Below, in pieces: positions 29,342-38,423 of a DNA stretch of 64,000 bases. The stretch's first letter is position 1. Every line of letters begins with the position of its first letter. A program made the translations under genes and the position numbers. This DNA comes from Nannocystis bainbridge (GTDB taxonomy: Bacteria; Myxococcota_A; Polyangia; Nannocystales; Nannocystaceae): NCBI RefSeq assembly GCF_028368995.1, contig NZ_JAQNDL010000003.1, forward strand, positions 384,001-448,000, in the 5' to 3' direction. Below the pieces are notes generated by a model. That model had not been told where the DNA came from. It saw only the letters and a program-made list of their open reading frames with translations, and ran no database searches.

Positions 29342-30460
29342 TCACCCGGGGATGTCGGCCGCGAACTCGAGCACCACTGTCTCCGCCGGCATCGCCGACG
29401 ACGGGGCCACCAACGATCCGATCGTCCACCCCTGCCCGCCGCTGGCCCGCAGGGCCTCGACCAGCGCCGCAGCCCGCTCAGCGGGCACGGTGAGCAGCAG
29501 CCCGCCGCTGGTCTGGGCGTCGGCGGCGAGGATGGTCCGCAGCGGTTCTTCGCGGCCCTCGACGACCAGGTTCGGCCGCACGAACGCCAGGTTGGCCTTC
29601 GAGCCGCCCGGGACGCGTCCGGCCGCCGCGTGGCCGAGCGCCCCGGGCAACGCGGGCAACGCCGCCATGTCGAGGCGCGCCGCCAGCTGCGACCCGCGGA
29701 GGATGTTGCGCAAGTGCCCGAGCAGGCCGAAGCCGGTCACGTCGGTACAAGCGGTCACGCCGAAGCCGCGCGCGATCGCCAGCGCCGGGCCGTTCAGCGT
29801 CGTCATGCTGGCGATCGCCGCGGCCATTTCGCCCGCCTCCGCCTGCCCCTGCTTGATCGCCTGGGCGATGAAGCCGGTCCCCAGCGCCTTGGTCAGCACC
29901 AGCGCCTGTCCTTCGCGCCCTGTCCGATTCGACAGGACCTCCGAGACAGCCACCTCGCCCGTCACGCTGAGCCCGAATTTGAGCTCCCCGTCGCGGACGG
30001 TATGGCCGCCGACCACCGCCACGCCGGCGCGGCTGCAGGCCCGCGCCGCGCCGCGCAGGATCGCCTGCAGCACCGACAGCGGCAGCTTGTCGTCGGGGAA
30101 GCCGACGATGTTGAGGGCGAACAGCGGGCGCCCGCCCATCGCGTAGACGTCCGACAGCGCGTTGCAGGCGGCGATCTCGCCGAACGTCTCGGGGTCGTCG
30201 ACCAGCGGCGCGATGACGTCGACGGTCAGCACGGTCGCCCGCGTCGGGTCGTCGCCGACGCGCACGACCGCCGCGTCGTCGGCGAACTCCGTGCCGACGA
30301 TGACCCGCGCGTCACCCCGTTCTTCGGGCGGGGGCATGCCCTCCAGGACCTGAACCAGGTCACCCAGCCGCAGCTTGGCGGCTCAACCTCCGCCGCGGGC
30401 AAACTCGGTCAAGCGGAGCGGTCGGGGGGCATCGCGCGGATCGTCGGGCTCGCTGCTCAT
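29342..30460 (-). CDS. selD: Selenide, water dikinase SelD; selenoprotein with Sec at residue 26
   Basis: ATG 30460 MSSEP...[13 protein letters not shown](30385-30383)-AAKL reads in frame into [42 protein letters not shown]. Confidence 0.93.
30347..30361 (-). promoter_or_regulatory. Bacterial SECIS-like hairpin of selD
   Basis: GACCUG-GUU-CAGGUC upper stem beginning 21 nt after the UGA, G in the apical loop. Confidence 0.7.
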
Positions 30461-30505
30461 GCACGAGCAGTGTATCGCAGACCCCGGGCCGCTACACTGC
30501 GGCGC

Positions 30506-32491
30506 ATGGCCAAGCCCGTGCGTGACCTGGTCCTCGGGACCGCCGGCCACATCGACCACGGCAAGACCGCCCTGGTCCGCGCCCTCACCGGCGTCGACAC
30601 CGATCGCCTGCCCGAGGAGAAGCGCCGCGGGATCACCATCGACCTCGGCTTCGCCGCCTGGCAGCTCGGCCCCGGCCTGGTCGCCAGCATCGTCGACGTG
30701 CCCGGTCACGAGGCCTTCGTCCGCACCATGGTCGCGGGCGCCGGCGGGGTCGACGCCGTGCTCCTGGTCGTCTCGGCCGAGGAGGGCGTGATGCCGCAGA
30801 CGCGCGAGCATCTGCTCGTCTGCCGCCTCCTCGGCATCACCCACGGCGTGGTCGCCCTCAGCAAGGTCGATCGCCTGAACGGCGACGACGAGGCCCTCGC
30901 GCTGGCTGAAGCCGACGTGCGCGCCGCCCTCGAGGAGCTGGCCCCGGGCCTCGCCGCCGCCCCGATCCTGCCCTGTTCGGCGCACACCGGCGCCGGCATC
31001 TCCGAGCTCTCCGCCGCCGTCCGTCGCGTCGCCGCGGCGCTGCCCGCCCGCCCCACGCGTGACCGCCCGATCCTCCCGATCGATCGCTGCTTCGTCCTCA
31101 AGGGCCACGGCACCGTCGTCACCGGCACCTTGCTCTCGGGCCAGCTCGAGATCGCCGCCGATCCCTACCTCACCCTCGTCCCTGGCGAGCAGCGCCCGGT
31201 CCGCCCGCTGCGGGCCCGCGCCCTGCATGTTCGCGGGGCCGCGGCCACGCGCGTGCCGGCGGGCGCGCGCGCGGCGGTCAACCTCGGCGGGGTCGCGGTC
31301 GCCGAGTTGGCCCGCGGCGACGTGCTCACCCGCGGTCACCGGGTCGTCGCCGCGGCGGCCGTCCACGTCCTCCTCGAGCACCTGCCGCACGACACCCGCA
31401 CCTGGCGCAGCGGCACCAGCGTCCAGGTCTGCGCCGGCACCGCGCACACCACCGGTCGCCTCGATCCCCTGGGTCCGCGGGACGGCGACGAAGATGCCCC
31501 GAAGACCATGTCCATTCCGCCAGGTGCTTCGGCGCTGGTGCGGATCCGCCTCGACGCTCCTCTGCCCGCCTGGCACGGCCAGCGGCTGGTCCTCCGCAGC
31601 CAGGGCGGCGACCTCGTCCACGGCCATACGTGCGGCGGCGGCGTCGTCGTCGACCCCGGGCCTCGCCCGGGCCGGGGCCAGCGGAGCCGCTGGCTGCGGG
31701 TCGCTCGCGCCCTCGCGGGATCGGACCTGCGCGCCCGCGTGACCGCGCTGCTGGCCGATGCCGGCGCCCTCGCCATCTCGCGCGACGAGCTCGAGCTGCG
31801 GGCCGGTACGCACGATCTCGATGCTGTCCTTTCAGACATGTGCCAGAGCACCGACGCCGTGCGGCTCGGCGACAGCCGACACGTCGCCGCCGCCGTGCTG
31901 CCCGAGCTGGCCGCCGCTGCCGTCGCCGTCGCCGTGCGGTTCCAGGCCGCCCACCCCGACCGCCCCGGTCTGTCGCGCGCCGCCTTGCTCGGCGGCCTGC
32001 CCGGCCGCGTCGCGCCCGACGTCGCAGCAGCCGCCCTCGACCACGCGCTCGCCCGCGGGCTGCTGGAGCTGCGGGGCGACGTGCTCGTGCGCGGCGGCAC
32101 CGAGCCCACGCCGGGCCTCTCGCCGATCGGGCACAAGGTCCTCGATCTCTACATCCGCGCTGGCGTCGCCCCGCCCACCCTTAAAGAGGTACAGGCCGCG
32201 GCCAACCTCGGCGAGCGCCAGGCCCTCGACACGCTGACCGCCCTGCAGAAGGCCGGCGTCCTGGTGCGGGTCTCCCCCGATCTCTCGCTCGCCCGCGAGC
32301 ACCACGCCGCGCTGGTCGACAAAGTCCGGTCTCACCTGCGCACGAGCCCGCAAATCGACGTTCAGGCGCTCAAGGCGTTGACGGGTCTGTCGCGCAAGTT
32401 CGTGGTGCCCTTCCTCGAGCACCTGGACCGGCTGGGCATCACTCGCCGGCAAGGCGAGGCCCGAATCGCGGGTCCAAAGCTCCACGTTTGA
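30506..32491 (+). CDS. selB: Selenocysteine-specific elongation factor SelB
   Basis: [39 protein letters not shown]-terminal GLSRKF..PFLEHLD winged helix. Confidence 0.95.
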   Translation: MAKPVRDLVLGTAGHIDHGKTALVRALTGVDTDRLPEEKRRGITIDLGFAAWQLGPGLVASIVDVPGHEAFVRTMVAGAGGVDAVLLVVSAEEGVMPQTREHLLVCRLLGITHGVVALSKVDRLNGDDEALALAEADVRAALEELAPGLAAAPILPCSAHTGAGISELSAAVRRVAAALPARPTRDRPILPIDRCFVLKGHGTVVTGTLLSGQLEIAADPYLTLVPGEQRPVRPLRARALHVRGAAATRVPAGARAAVNLGGVAVAELARGDVLTRGHRVVAAAAVHVLLEHLPHDTRTWRSGTSVQVCAGTAHTTGRLDPLGPRDGDEDAPKTMSIPPGASALVRIRLDAPLPAWHGQRLVLRSQGGDLVHGHTCGGGVVVDPGPRPGRGQRSRWLRVARALAGSDLRARVTALLADAGALAISRDELELRAGTHDLDAVLSDMCQSTDAVRLGDSRHVAAAVLPELAAAAVAVAVRFQAAHPDRPGLSRAALLGGLPGRVAPDVAAAALDHALARGLLELRGDVLVRGGTEPTPGLSPIGHKVLDLYIRAGVAPPTLKEVQAAANLGERQALDTLTALQKAGVLVRVSPDLSLAREHHAALVDKVRSHLRTSPQIDVQALKALTGLSRKFVVPFLEHLDRLGITRRQGEARIAGPKLHV

Positions 32492-32811
32492 GCAGCGCCG
32501 CCATGCGAGAGCTAGTGACTCGCTCGCCGCCGACCACCCTCTCGCACCCGGTCGTCCCTTTGCACGCCATCCTCGCGCTCGTTCGCGCGGGCGCTTCCTA
32601 CATGTCCCTTGCGCAAGGTGTCCCAATGCCGGTCCGTGACGAGCCTCGCGCCTCCCGTCCCTGTACAAGCTGGCGGCGAGCCGATACCGTACGCCGCATG
32701 CATGCTGTCACCTCGGCCTCGCCGACGGCTCGGTTCGCCGTCTCGCCGGGGTACGACGGCACGCCGTCAACCTCAGCTCCGTCCCGGTCCTAGCGGGGCA
32801 GGAGGGTCCAA

Positions 32812-33480
32812 GTGGGTCGCCTCAAGATATTCTCGCTGTTCTTCGGCGTCGGCCTCGTATCTGCGCTCGCCCCGATGCTCGTGGGCGGCTGCACGCAGTG
32901 CGAAGAGTTCCGCGAATGCACCACCAAGCCGGGCCTGCGCTATGTCGAGTGCGGCAACACCCAGCACGAGTTCAACGACGGCGTCTCGGTCGAGGACGAG
33001 GACATCGCCTGGGATTATTGCTACTGCAACAGCAGCCGGCTGCAGTGCGAGAACGGCTCGAGCCTGCGCATGTGCAATTACATGACCGTCGACGGCAGCA
33101 CCGCCGCCCAGTACAACGACGGCACGGTCGCCGAGCTCACCACCGCGGTCGCGGGCTGCCTCGAATACACCGGCTGCGCCATCGAGACCGCGCGCTGCAA
33201 CTACGGCAGCTGGTATCTCAACTGTTCGCGCGGCGAGGAGCGGGCCTTCGTCAGCGGCGCCGGCGCCGTCTTCAAGGACGAGAAGAACGCCGTCGACACC
33301 TGCGTCGCCCGCGGCCCCGGCGGCTTCCTCTGCACGCCGATCATCAGCGACTGCGAGGACCTCGACTCGTGCGCCAGCAGCAAGGCCTGCAGCGAGTTCT
33401 GTTCCAAGCCCGCCTGCTTCAACAACAAGAACGCCGCGAGTTGCATCGCCGACCCCGCGTGCCGGTGGACCCCGCAATGA
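32812..33480 (+). CDS. Cys-rich lipoprotein (21 Cys)
   Basis: Signal peptide with VGGC lipobox; strong codon bias. Confidence 0.75.
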   Translation: MGRLKIFSLFFGVGLVSALAPMLVGGCTQCEEFRECTTKPGLRYVECGNTQHEFNDGVSVEDEDIAWDYCYCNSSRLQCENGSSLRMCNYMTVDGSTAAQYNDGTVAELTTAVAGCLEYTGCAIETARCNYGSWYLNCSRGEERAFVSGAGAVFKDEKNAVDTCVARGPGGFLCTPIISDCEDLDSCASSKACSEFCSKPACFNNKNAASCIADPACRWTPQ

Positions 33481-34601
33481 CCGCGCCTCGCACCCTCCTC
33501 GCCGCGGCGCTCTCGACCGCGCTCGCCCTCCCGGCCCCCGCCCTCGCCGCGCCCGCGCCTGTGCCCGTGGCCGCCGCGCCCGTCGACTGGTCGTCCACCT
33601 TCACGCCGGCCGGCGCCAGCGCCCACCTCGGCGACAAGAAGCCCAACGTCATCGTCATCGCCGCCAACCCCGGTTCGCAGGCGGCCTCGGCGGTGTTCCG
33701 CTCGGCGCTCACCGCCTCGCGGAAGGCCGGCGTGGTGATCGACGGCCAGGCGCTCGGCGCCGTCGAGAGCCTCGACGACCGCGCCATCATCGACCGCGCC
33801 AAGGTCCTCCCGGTCCAGCAGATCGTCATCGTCCGCGTGTTCGAGGGCAGCCCCGGCGACCCGCCCAGCTTCATCGCCATGGGCTACGGCACCGACGGCA
33901 CCGTCTCCGTCGCGCTCAGCGGCACCGCCGGCGTCCCCCTGCCCGAGCCGGAGATGCCGACCGAGGTCAGCGTGCCCGACGCGGTCCCCGACACCGCGGA
34001 GGAGGGCCCCAAGGAGCCGGAGGAGTCGGACGAGGCCAAGCGAGCCCGCGAGGCGGCCGAGCAGGAGTACGCGGCCAAGCGCCTCGACGGCACCTGGGGC
34101 GCGCTGCGCCAGGGCACTCCGGGCACCTCGATCACTCCGATGCAGTTCTACGCCGCGATCGGCCGCGATGACCTCGCGCGTCAGGTCGACAGGCGCAAGA
34201 AGACCCGCCTCGGCGTCGCCCTCGGCGGCGGCATCGCCGGCGGCGGCCTGCTCGCGGTCGGCCTCACCTTCCTGATCCTCAACGCCACCGCAGCCCAGAA
34301 CGGCCCCGATTTCGGCGCCGACGACCCGCTGCGGGGCGGCACCGATCGCATCCGCTACCCGCTGTCGATGCCCGTCTCGGGCACGCTGCTCGGCGTCGGC
34401 GCGGCCCTCCTCATCGGCATGGGCGTGTTCCTCGGCGTCTACAAGGCCCACCCGGTCGGCCGCCGCGAGGTCCCCGGCCTCATCGACCGCCACAACCGCG
34501 AGCTCCGCCAGAAGCTCGGCCTGGCCGGCGAGACCGCCAGCGTCCGCCTCGCTCCCAGCCTCGGCGCCAGCAACGGCCTCGTGCTCATCGGCCGCTTCTG
34601 A
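33477..34601 (+). CDS. Hypothetical secreted/membrane protein
   Basis: Start MTAPRTLLAAAL (ATGA overlap); two Gly-rich TM segments; C-terminal ...GLVLIGRF. Confidence 0.75.
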   Translation: MTAPRTLLAAALSTALALPAPALAAPAPVPVAAAPVDWSSTFTPAGASAHLGDKKPNVIVIAANPGSQAASAVFRSALTASRKAGVVIDGQALGAVESLDDRAIIDRAKVLPVQQIVIVRVFEGSPGDPPSFIAMGYGTDGTVSVALSGTAGVPLPEPEMPTEVSVPDAVPDTAEEGPKEPEESDEAKRAREAAEQEYAAKRLDGTWGALRQGTPGTSITPMQFYAAIGRDDLARQVDRRKKTRLGVALGGGIAGGGLLAVGLTFLILNATAAQNGPDFGADDPLRGGTDRIRYPLSMPVSGTLLGVGAALLIGMGVFLGVYKAHPVGRREVPGLIDRHNRELRQKLGLAGETASVRLAPSLGASNGLVLIGRF

Positions 34602-34604
34602 AGC

Positions 34605-34642
34605 AGGCCTGTCTCTCGGGACATGCTCTTCGGAGCATGTCC
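34605..34642. repeat. 14-bp-period decamer array (3 units) containing a perfect cUUCGg hairpin
   Basis: AGGCCTGTCT 34605, GGACATGCTC 34619, TTCG spacer, GAGCATGTCC 34633. Confidence 0.88.
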
Positions 34643-34644
34643 CT

Positions 34645-35994
34645 TCAGCCAGTCAGCACCGCCCGCACCGCCGTCGCCAGCGCGGCCTCCTCCTCCGGCG
34701 CGACCGTCCGCAGGTCGAGCAGCAGCTCGCCCCCGCTGACGCGCCCGACCACGCCGGCCCGCCGCAGCGCCGCCGCCGTCGCGGTCGGATCGGCCGTCGG
34801 CACCGCCAGCGCCGCGCTCGCCATCACGTCGCCCGGCAGCGAGCCGCCGCCGACGGTCGCCTCGCTGTCCCGGACCTGCCCCAAAGGCCAGCCGAGCAGC
34901 TGCGCCAGCGCCCCGGCCCGCGCGCGCAGCTGCTCCGCCGCCGGCGCCATCATGCGCCGCAGCGGCAGCGTTTCGGCCTGCCCGCTCGCGTAGGCGATCG
35001 CGGTCGCGTGCAGCGCCGCGACCGTGGTCTTGTCGGGCCGGAGGGCCCGCGCCAGCGGATGCCTGCGGCACTTCCCGACCAGCGCGGCCGAGCCGGCGAG
35101 CAGCCCCGCTTGCGGCCCGCCCAGCAGCTTGTCGCCGCTGCACGTCACGAGCTCTGCCCCCTGGGCCAGGTACTCCTGGACCGTCGGCTCGTCGCCCGCG
35201 ATCCCGCCCAGCGAGCCCGACCCGAGATCGGCGATGAGCGGCGCCCCGCGCTCGCGGCCCAGCGCCGCCAGCTCGCCCAGCGTCGGCTGGTGGACGAACC
35301 CCGCCTGCAAGAAGTTGCTGAGGTGCACCCACAGGATCGCCGACGCCCCCGCCGATTGCCCCGGCAGCTCGCCCGCCAGCCCCGCGGCGTAGTCGGCCAC
35401 GTGCGTCCGGTTGGTGCTGCCCGCCTCCCACACCTGCGCCCCGCCGGCCGCCGCCATCTCGGCCACGCGAAAGCCGTCGCCGATCTCCACCATCTGCCCG
35501 CGCGACAGCACCACCCCGCCCGGCCGGCCCACCGCCGTGCACGCCAGCAACAGCGCCGCAGCCCCGTTGTTGACCACGTGCACGTCCTCGGTCCCGAGCA
35601 GCGCTGCCAACAGCGGCCGCAGCCACGTCAGTCGCGACCCGCGCCGTCCCGTCTCGACCTCGAACTCGAGCTCGCAGTTGCCCGCCGCCGCCGTCATCGC
35701 CGCGACTGCCTCTCGGGACAGGGGCGCCCGCCCGAGGTTGGTGTGCAGCAGCACTCCGGTCGCGTTGATCAGCGCCCGCGGCCGCGGCGTCATCACCTCG
35801 GCCAGCCGCCTGGCCACCTCGCCGGCGATCGCCTCGACCTCGGGCGCCTCGGCGATCTCGCCGGCCTGCGCCCGCCGCCGCAGCTCCGCCAGCACCTCGT
35901 GGACCTGGCGCTTCTGGATCGTCCGCAGCGCCGGCGACGACGCGAGCGCCGGGTGTTCGAGGATCCGATCGACGCGGGGCAGGCGGAGCGACAT
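34645..35994 (-). CDS. selA: L-seryl-tRNA(Sec) selenium transferase
   Basis: INATGVLLHTNLGRAPL, VVNNGAAA, SRGQMVEIG..FR, DLGSG, SGDKLLGGPQAG (PLP Lys), GGGSLP, LLLDLRT. Confidence 0.96.
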   Translation of the reverse strand: MSLRLPRVDRILEHPALASSPALRTIQKRQVHEVLAELRRRAQAGEIAEAPEVEAIAGEVARRLAEVMTPRPRALINATGVLLHTNLGRAPLSREAVAAMTAAAGNCELEFEVETGRRGSRLTWLRPLLAALLGTEDVHVVNNGAAALLLACTAVGRPGGVVLSRGQMVEIGDGFRVAEMAAAGGAQVWEAGSTNRTHVADYAAGLAGELPGQSAGASAILWVHLSNFLQAGFVHQPTLGELAALGRERGAPLIADLGSGSLGGIAGDEPTVQEYLAQGAELVTCSGDKLLGGPQAGLLAGSAALVGKCRRHPLARALRPDKTTVAALHATAIAYASGQAETLPLRRMMAPAAEQLRARAGALAQLLGWPLGQVRDSEATVGGGSLPGDVMASAALAVPTADPTATAAALRRAGVVGRVSGGELLLDLRTVAPEEEAALATAVRAVLTG

Positions 35995-35999
35995 GCCCT

Positions 36000-36482
36000 C
36001 TACTGCTGCCACAAGAGCAGCGCCACGACGAGCGCCGCGAACCCCAGCGTCGCCGCGGCCGGCAGCAGCAGCGACTCGCCCGACTCGCCCGCCAGGGCCT
36101 GCCGCACCCGCGTCACCGTCACCTCGCCCCCGCGCCGCAGCGCCGCGTCGACCTGCGCGCCCGGGTGGTGCACGCGTAAGGAGATCCCCCCGACCACGAT
36201 CACGTCGCCGTGGGCCAGCGGCGTCGCCCCGACCAGCGCCGTGCCGTCGCGGTACACCCCGTTCTTGCTGCCCAGGTCGGTCACCGTCAGCCCCTCCGGC
36301 GTCACGTCGAGCGCCGCGTGCACCCGCGACACGTCGTCGCCCGCCAGCATCACCGCCACCCCGGCCTCGCGGCCGACCAGCGCCCGCCCTGGCCGCAGCG
36401 CGTGCGTCCGACCGCGCCCCGCTCCGCTCTCCTCGCGCACGAAGATCTCCGGCTCACGACCCACGCCGCGACCATAGCTCAT
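36000..36482 (-). CDS. FHA domain protein with C-terminal TM helix
   Basis: LVGR, VSRVHA, DLGSKNG, HGDVI FHA motifs; start MSYGRG. Confidence 0.88.
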   Translation of the reverse strand: MSYGRGVGREPEIFVREESGAGRGRTHALRPGRALVGREAGVAVMLAGDDVSRVHAALDVTPEGLTVTDLGSKNGVYRDGTALVGATPLAHGDVIVVGGISLRVHHPGAQVDAALRRGGEVTVTRVRQALAGESGESLLLPAAATLGFAALVVALLLWQQ

Positions 36483-38296
36483 CTCGCGCCCCCGAGCGCC
36501 ACGAACGCCCCGTCGATCCAGCACTCCGGCCCGTCCGGCCCCGCCCCGATCACCACCCGTCGCAGCCGCGTCCTCGCCTGGCACGCCTCCAGTTGTACCC
36601 GCAACGACTTGAGCACAGGTCCTTCGGGACATGTCCCTTCGAACATCATCCCGGCCCGCTCGAGCTCCGCCTGCACCGCCGCGGCCGCCGGCGGGCTGCG
36701 CGGCGCGACCACCTGCGCAGCCCCGCGAAAGCCCAGCGCCGCCAGCAATTCCGGCCACGCCTCCGGCCCCAGCCACGGGTCGCGCACGCACGCCAGCGAC
36801 CGATCGCTCGCCGCCGGCACGATCACCGCTGCGCTGCGCGGGCCCCCGATCGCCACCCACGCCCGCGGCGGCTCCAGCGGCCGCTCGCGCCCGACCCACA
36901 CCAGCGCCGCCAGCACTCCCACGCACGGCAACGTCCCCGGCACCCAGCGCAGCACCGCCGGTCGCCGCACGAACCATCGCAGCCCCAGCCCGATCGTCGC
37001 CAGCCCCGCGAGCAGCGGCCACGGCGGCTCCGGCACCTGCGCGAACAGGCTCGCCAGATCGATCACCACCTGCCCGCCGAGCGCCGCCGGTCGCAGCGCC
37101 TCCGGCCCCCACCACGGCGCCGCCGCCAGCCCCACGATCCCGAGCGGCAGCACCCACAGCGTGAACACCGGCACCGCGATCACGTTGGCCACCACCCCGA
37201 TCAGCGACGCCTGCCCGAAGTGCACCAGAACGATCGGCAATGTCCCGAAGGACACCCGCCAGCTCTGCGCCACCAGCCCGCGCGGCGCCTCCGGGTGGAC
37301 CAGCACCGCCATCGCCGCCAGCGACAGGTGCAGCCCCGGATCCAGCGCCCACGCCGGTCGCCACGCCAGCATCGCCGCGGCCGTCCACGCCAGCGCCGTC
37401 AGCCCGTGCCCCGGCCGGCCCGTCAGCGTCGCCACTTGAGCCAGCCCGAACATCACCGCCGCCCGCAACGCCGGGGGTTCGCCGCCTGTAACCCCCAGGT
37501 AGGCCAGCACCGGCAGCCACGCCAGCGCTGCCGCCAGCGTCAGCGATCCACCGAGCAGCAGACCGGCGCGCAGCAGCGGCCCCTGGACCAGCGCCGCTGC
37601 CACTGCCACGTTCATCCCGCTGACCGCCACCACGTGGCCGAGTCCTGCCCTTCGCAGCGCTGTCCGGCGTTCGGGCGCGAGCGCCGCGGGCTGGCCCAGC
37701 ACCGACGCCACCACGAAGCCCAGCGCCGGGTCGCCGCGTGCGGCTCGCGTCGTCCCGTCGCGCAGCTCGGCCACTGCCCGCCAGTAACCCTCGCTCCGCG
37801 GCCCCGCACGCCACGCGTTCTCCACCGAAAACGCCGCCACGGCCCCGTCGCGGGCTGGATCGAAGCTCCCCGCACCCGGCCACGACGGACCCTCGCGACG
37901 CGCGAGATCTCCGGCCTTGAGCCAGATTGGATCGCCCGCTGCAAGCGGACAAATCGCCTCGGGTACGTGCAGGGACCACACATTCGAGCTCCCTGCCGGT
38001 GTCGCAAACACGGCACAGCCCGCCGCTGCAGGGGCGCTCGCCCCGCGGACCGTCACGCGGATCAGCCCGGGCCCCGCGATCTCCGGCGCCTCCGCTTGCG
38101 GCAGCCGCCCACGCGCCGCCCCGGCCAGGCCTGCTGCCAGCACCACCGCGGGCGCTGCCAGCTTGCGGAGCCGCTGGCTCGCCGCTGCCGACAGCCCTGC
38201 CGCGCCTGCCAGCGCTGCTGAGTCTGCCCAGCCCGCATGCGCGAAACCGAGCACGACACCCATACACCAGGCCAGGCAGAAACACAGCGGCAGCAC
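36479..38296 (-). CDS. comEC: ComEC/Rec2 competence membrane protein (start uncertain)
   Basis: AGLGHVVAVSGMNV, PPALRAAVM, DPGLHLS, ANVIAVP; many TM helices. Confidence 0.82.
   Translation of the reverse strand: MLPLCFCLAWCMGVVLGFAHAGWADSAALAGAAGLSAAASQRLRKLAAPAVVLAAGLAGAARGRLPQAEAPEIAGPGLIRVTVRGASAPAAAGCAVFATPAGSSNVWSLHVPEAICPLAAGDPIWLKAGDLARREGPSWPGAGSFDPARDGAVAAFSVENAWRAGPRSEGYWRAVAELRDGTTRAARGDPALGFVVASVLGQPAALAPERRTALRRAGLGHVVAVSGMNVAVAAALVQGPLLRAGLLLGGSLTLAAALAWLPVLAYLGVTGGEPPALRAAVMFGLAQVATLTGRPGHGLTALAWTAAAMLAWRPAWALDPGLHLSLAAMAVLVHPEAPRGLVAQSWRVSFGTLPIVLVHFGQASLIGVVANVIAVPVFTLWVLPLGIVGLAAAPWWGPEALRPAALGGQVVIDLASLFAQVPEPPWPLLAGLATIGLGLRWFVRRPAVLRWVPGTLPCVGVLAALVWVGRERPLEPPRAWVAIGGPRSAAVIVPAASDRSLACVRDPWLGPEAWPELLAALGFRGAAQVVAPRSPPAAAAVQAELERAGMMFEGTCPEGPVLKSLRVQLEACQARTRLRRVVIGAGPDGPECWIDGAFVALGGAR
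36613..36650. repeat. Intragenic 14-bp-period decamer array (3 units) in comEC
   Basis: GCACAGGTCC 36613, GGACATGTCC 36627, GAACATCATC 36641. Confidence 0.55.
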
Positions 38297-38423
38297 CTGG
38301 AAGAGTCGCTGCGACGGCGTTTCTTTTTGCAGCAGGGCGAGCGCGGACTTGCTCTGCCCTAGGACCTCGGATGCACTGCGAAATTGCCAGCGCCGGCCAC
38401 GTGGCCCTACACTAGGCCCAATC

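Noticed and set aside
30332-30341. GGGCATGCCC in selD and other isolated decamers (about 31834, 51539)
   Set aside because: Single copies with no partner at 14 bp; explained by G/D-M-x codons.
28952-30505. 518-aa N-terminal extension of SelB in the ORF track
   Set aside because: Mostly antisense to selD; SelB homology starts at MAKPVRDL (30506).
32492-32811. tRNA-Sec (selC) after selB
   Set aside because: No TTCAAA anticodon loop or tRNA-like arms on either strand.
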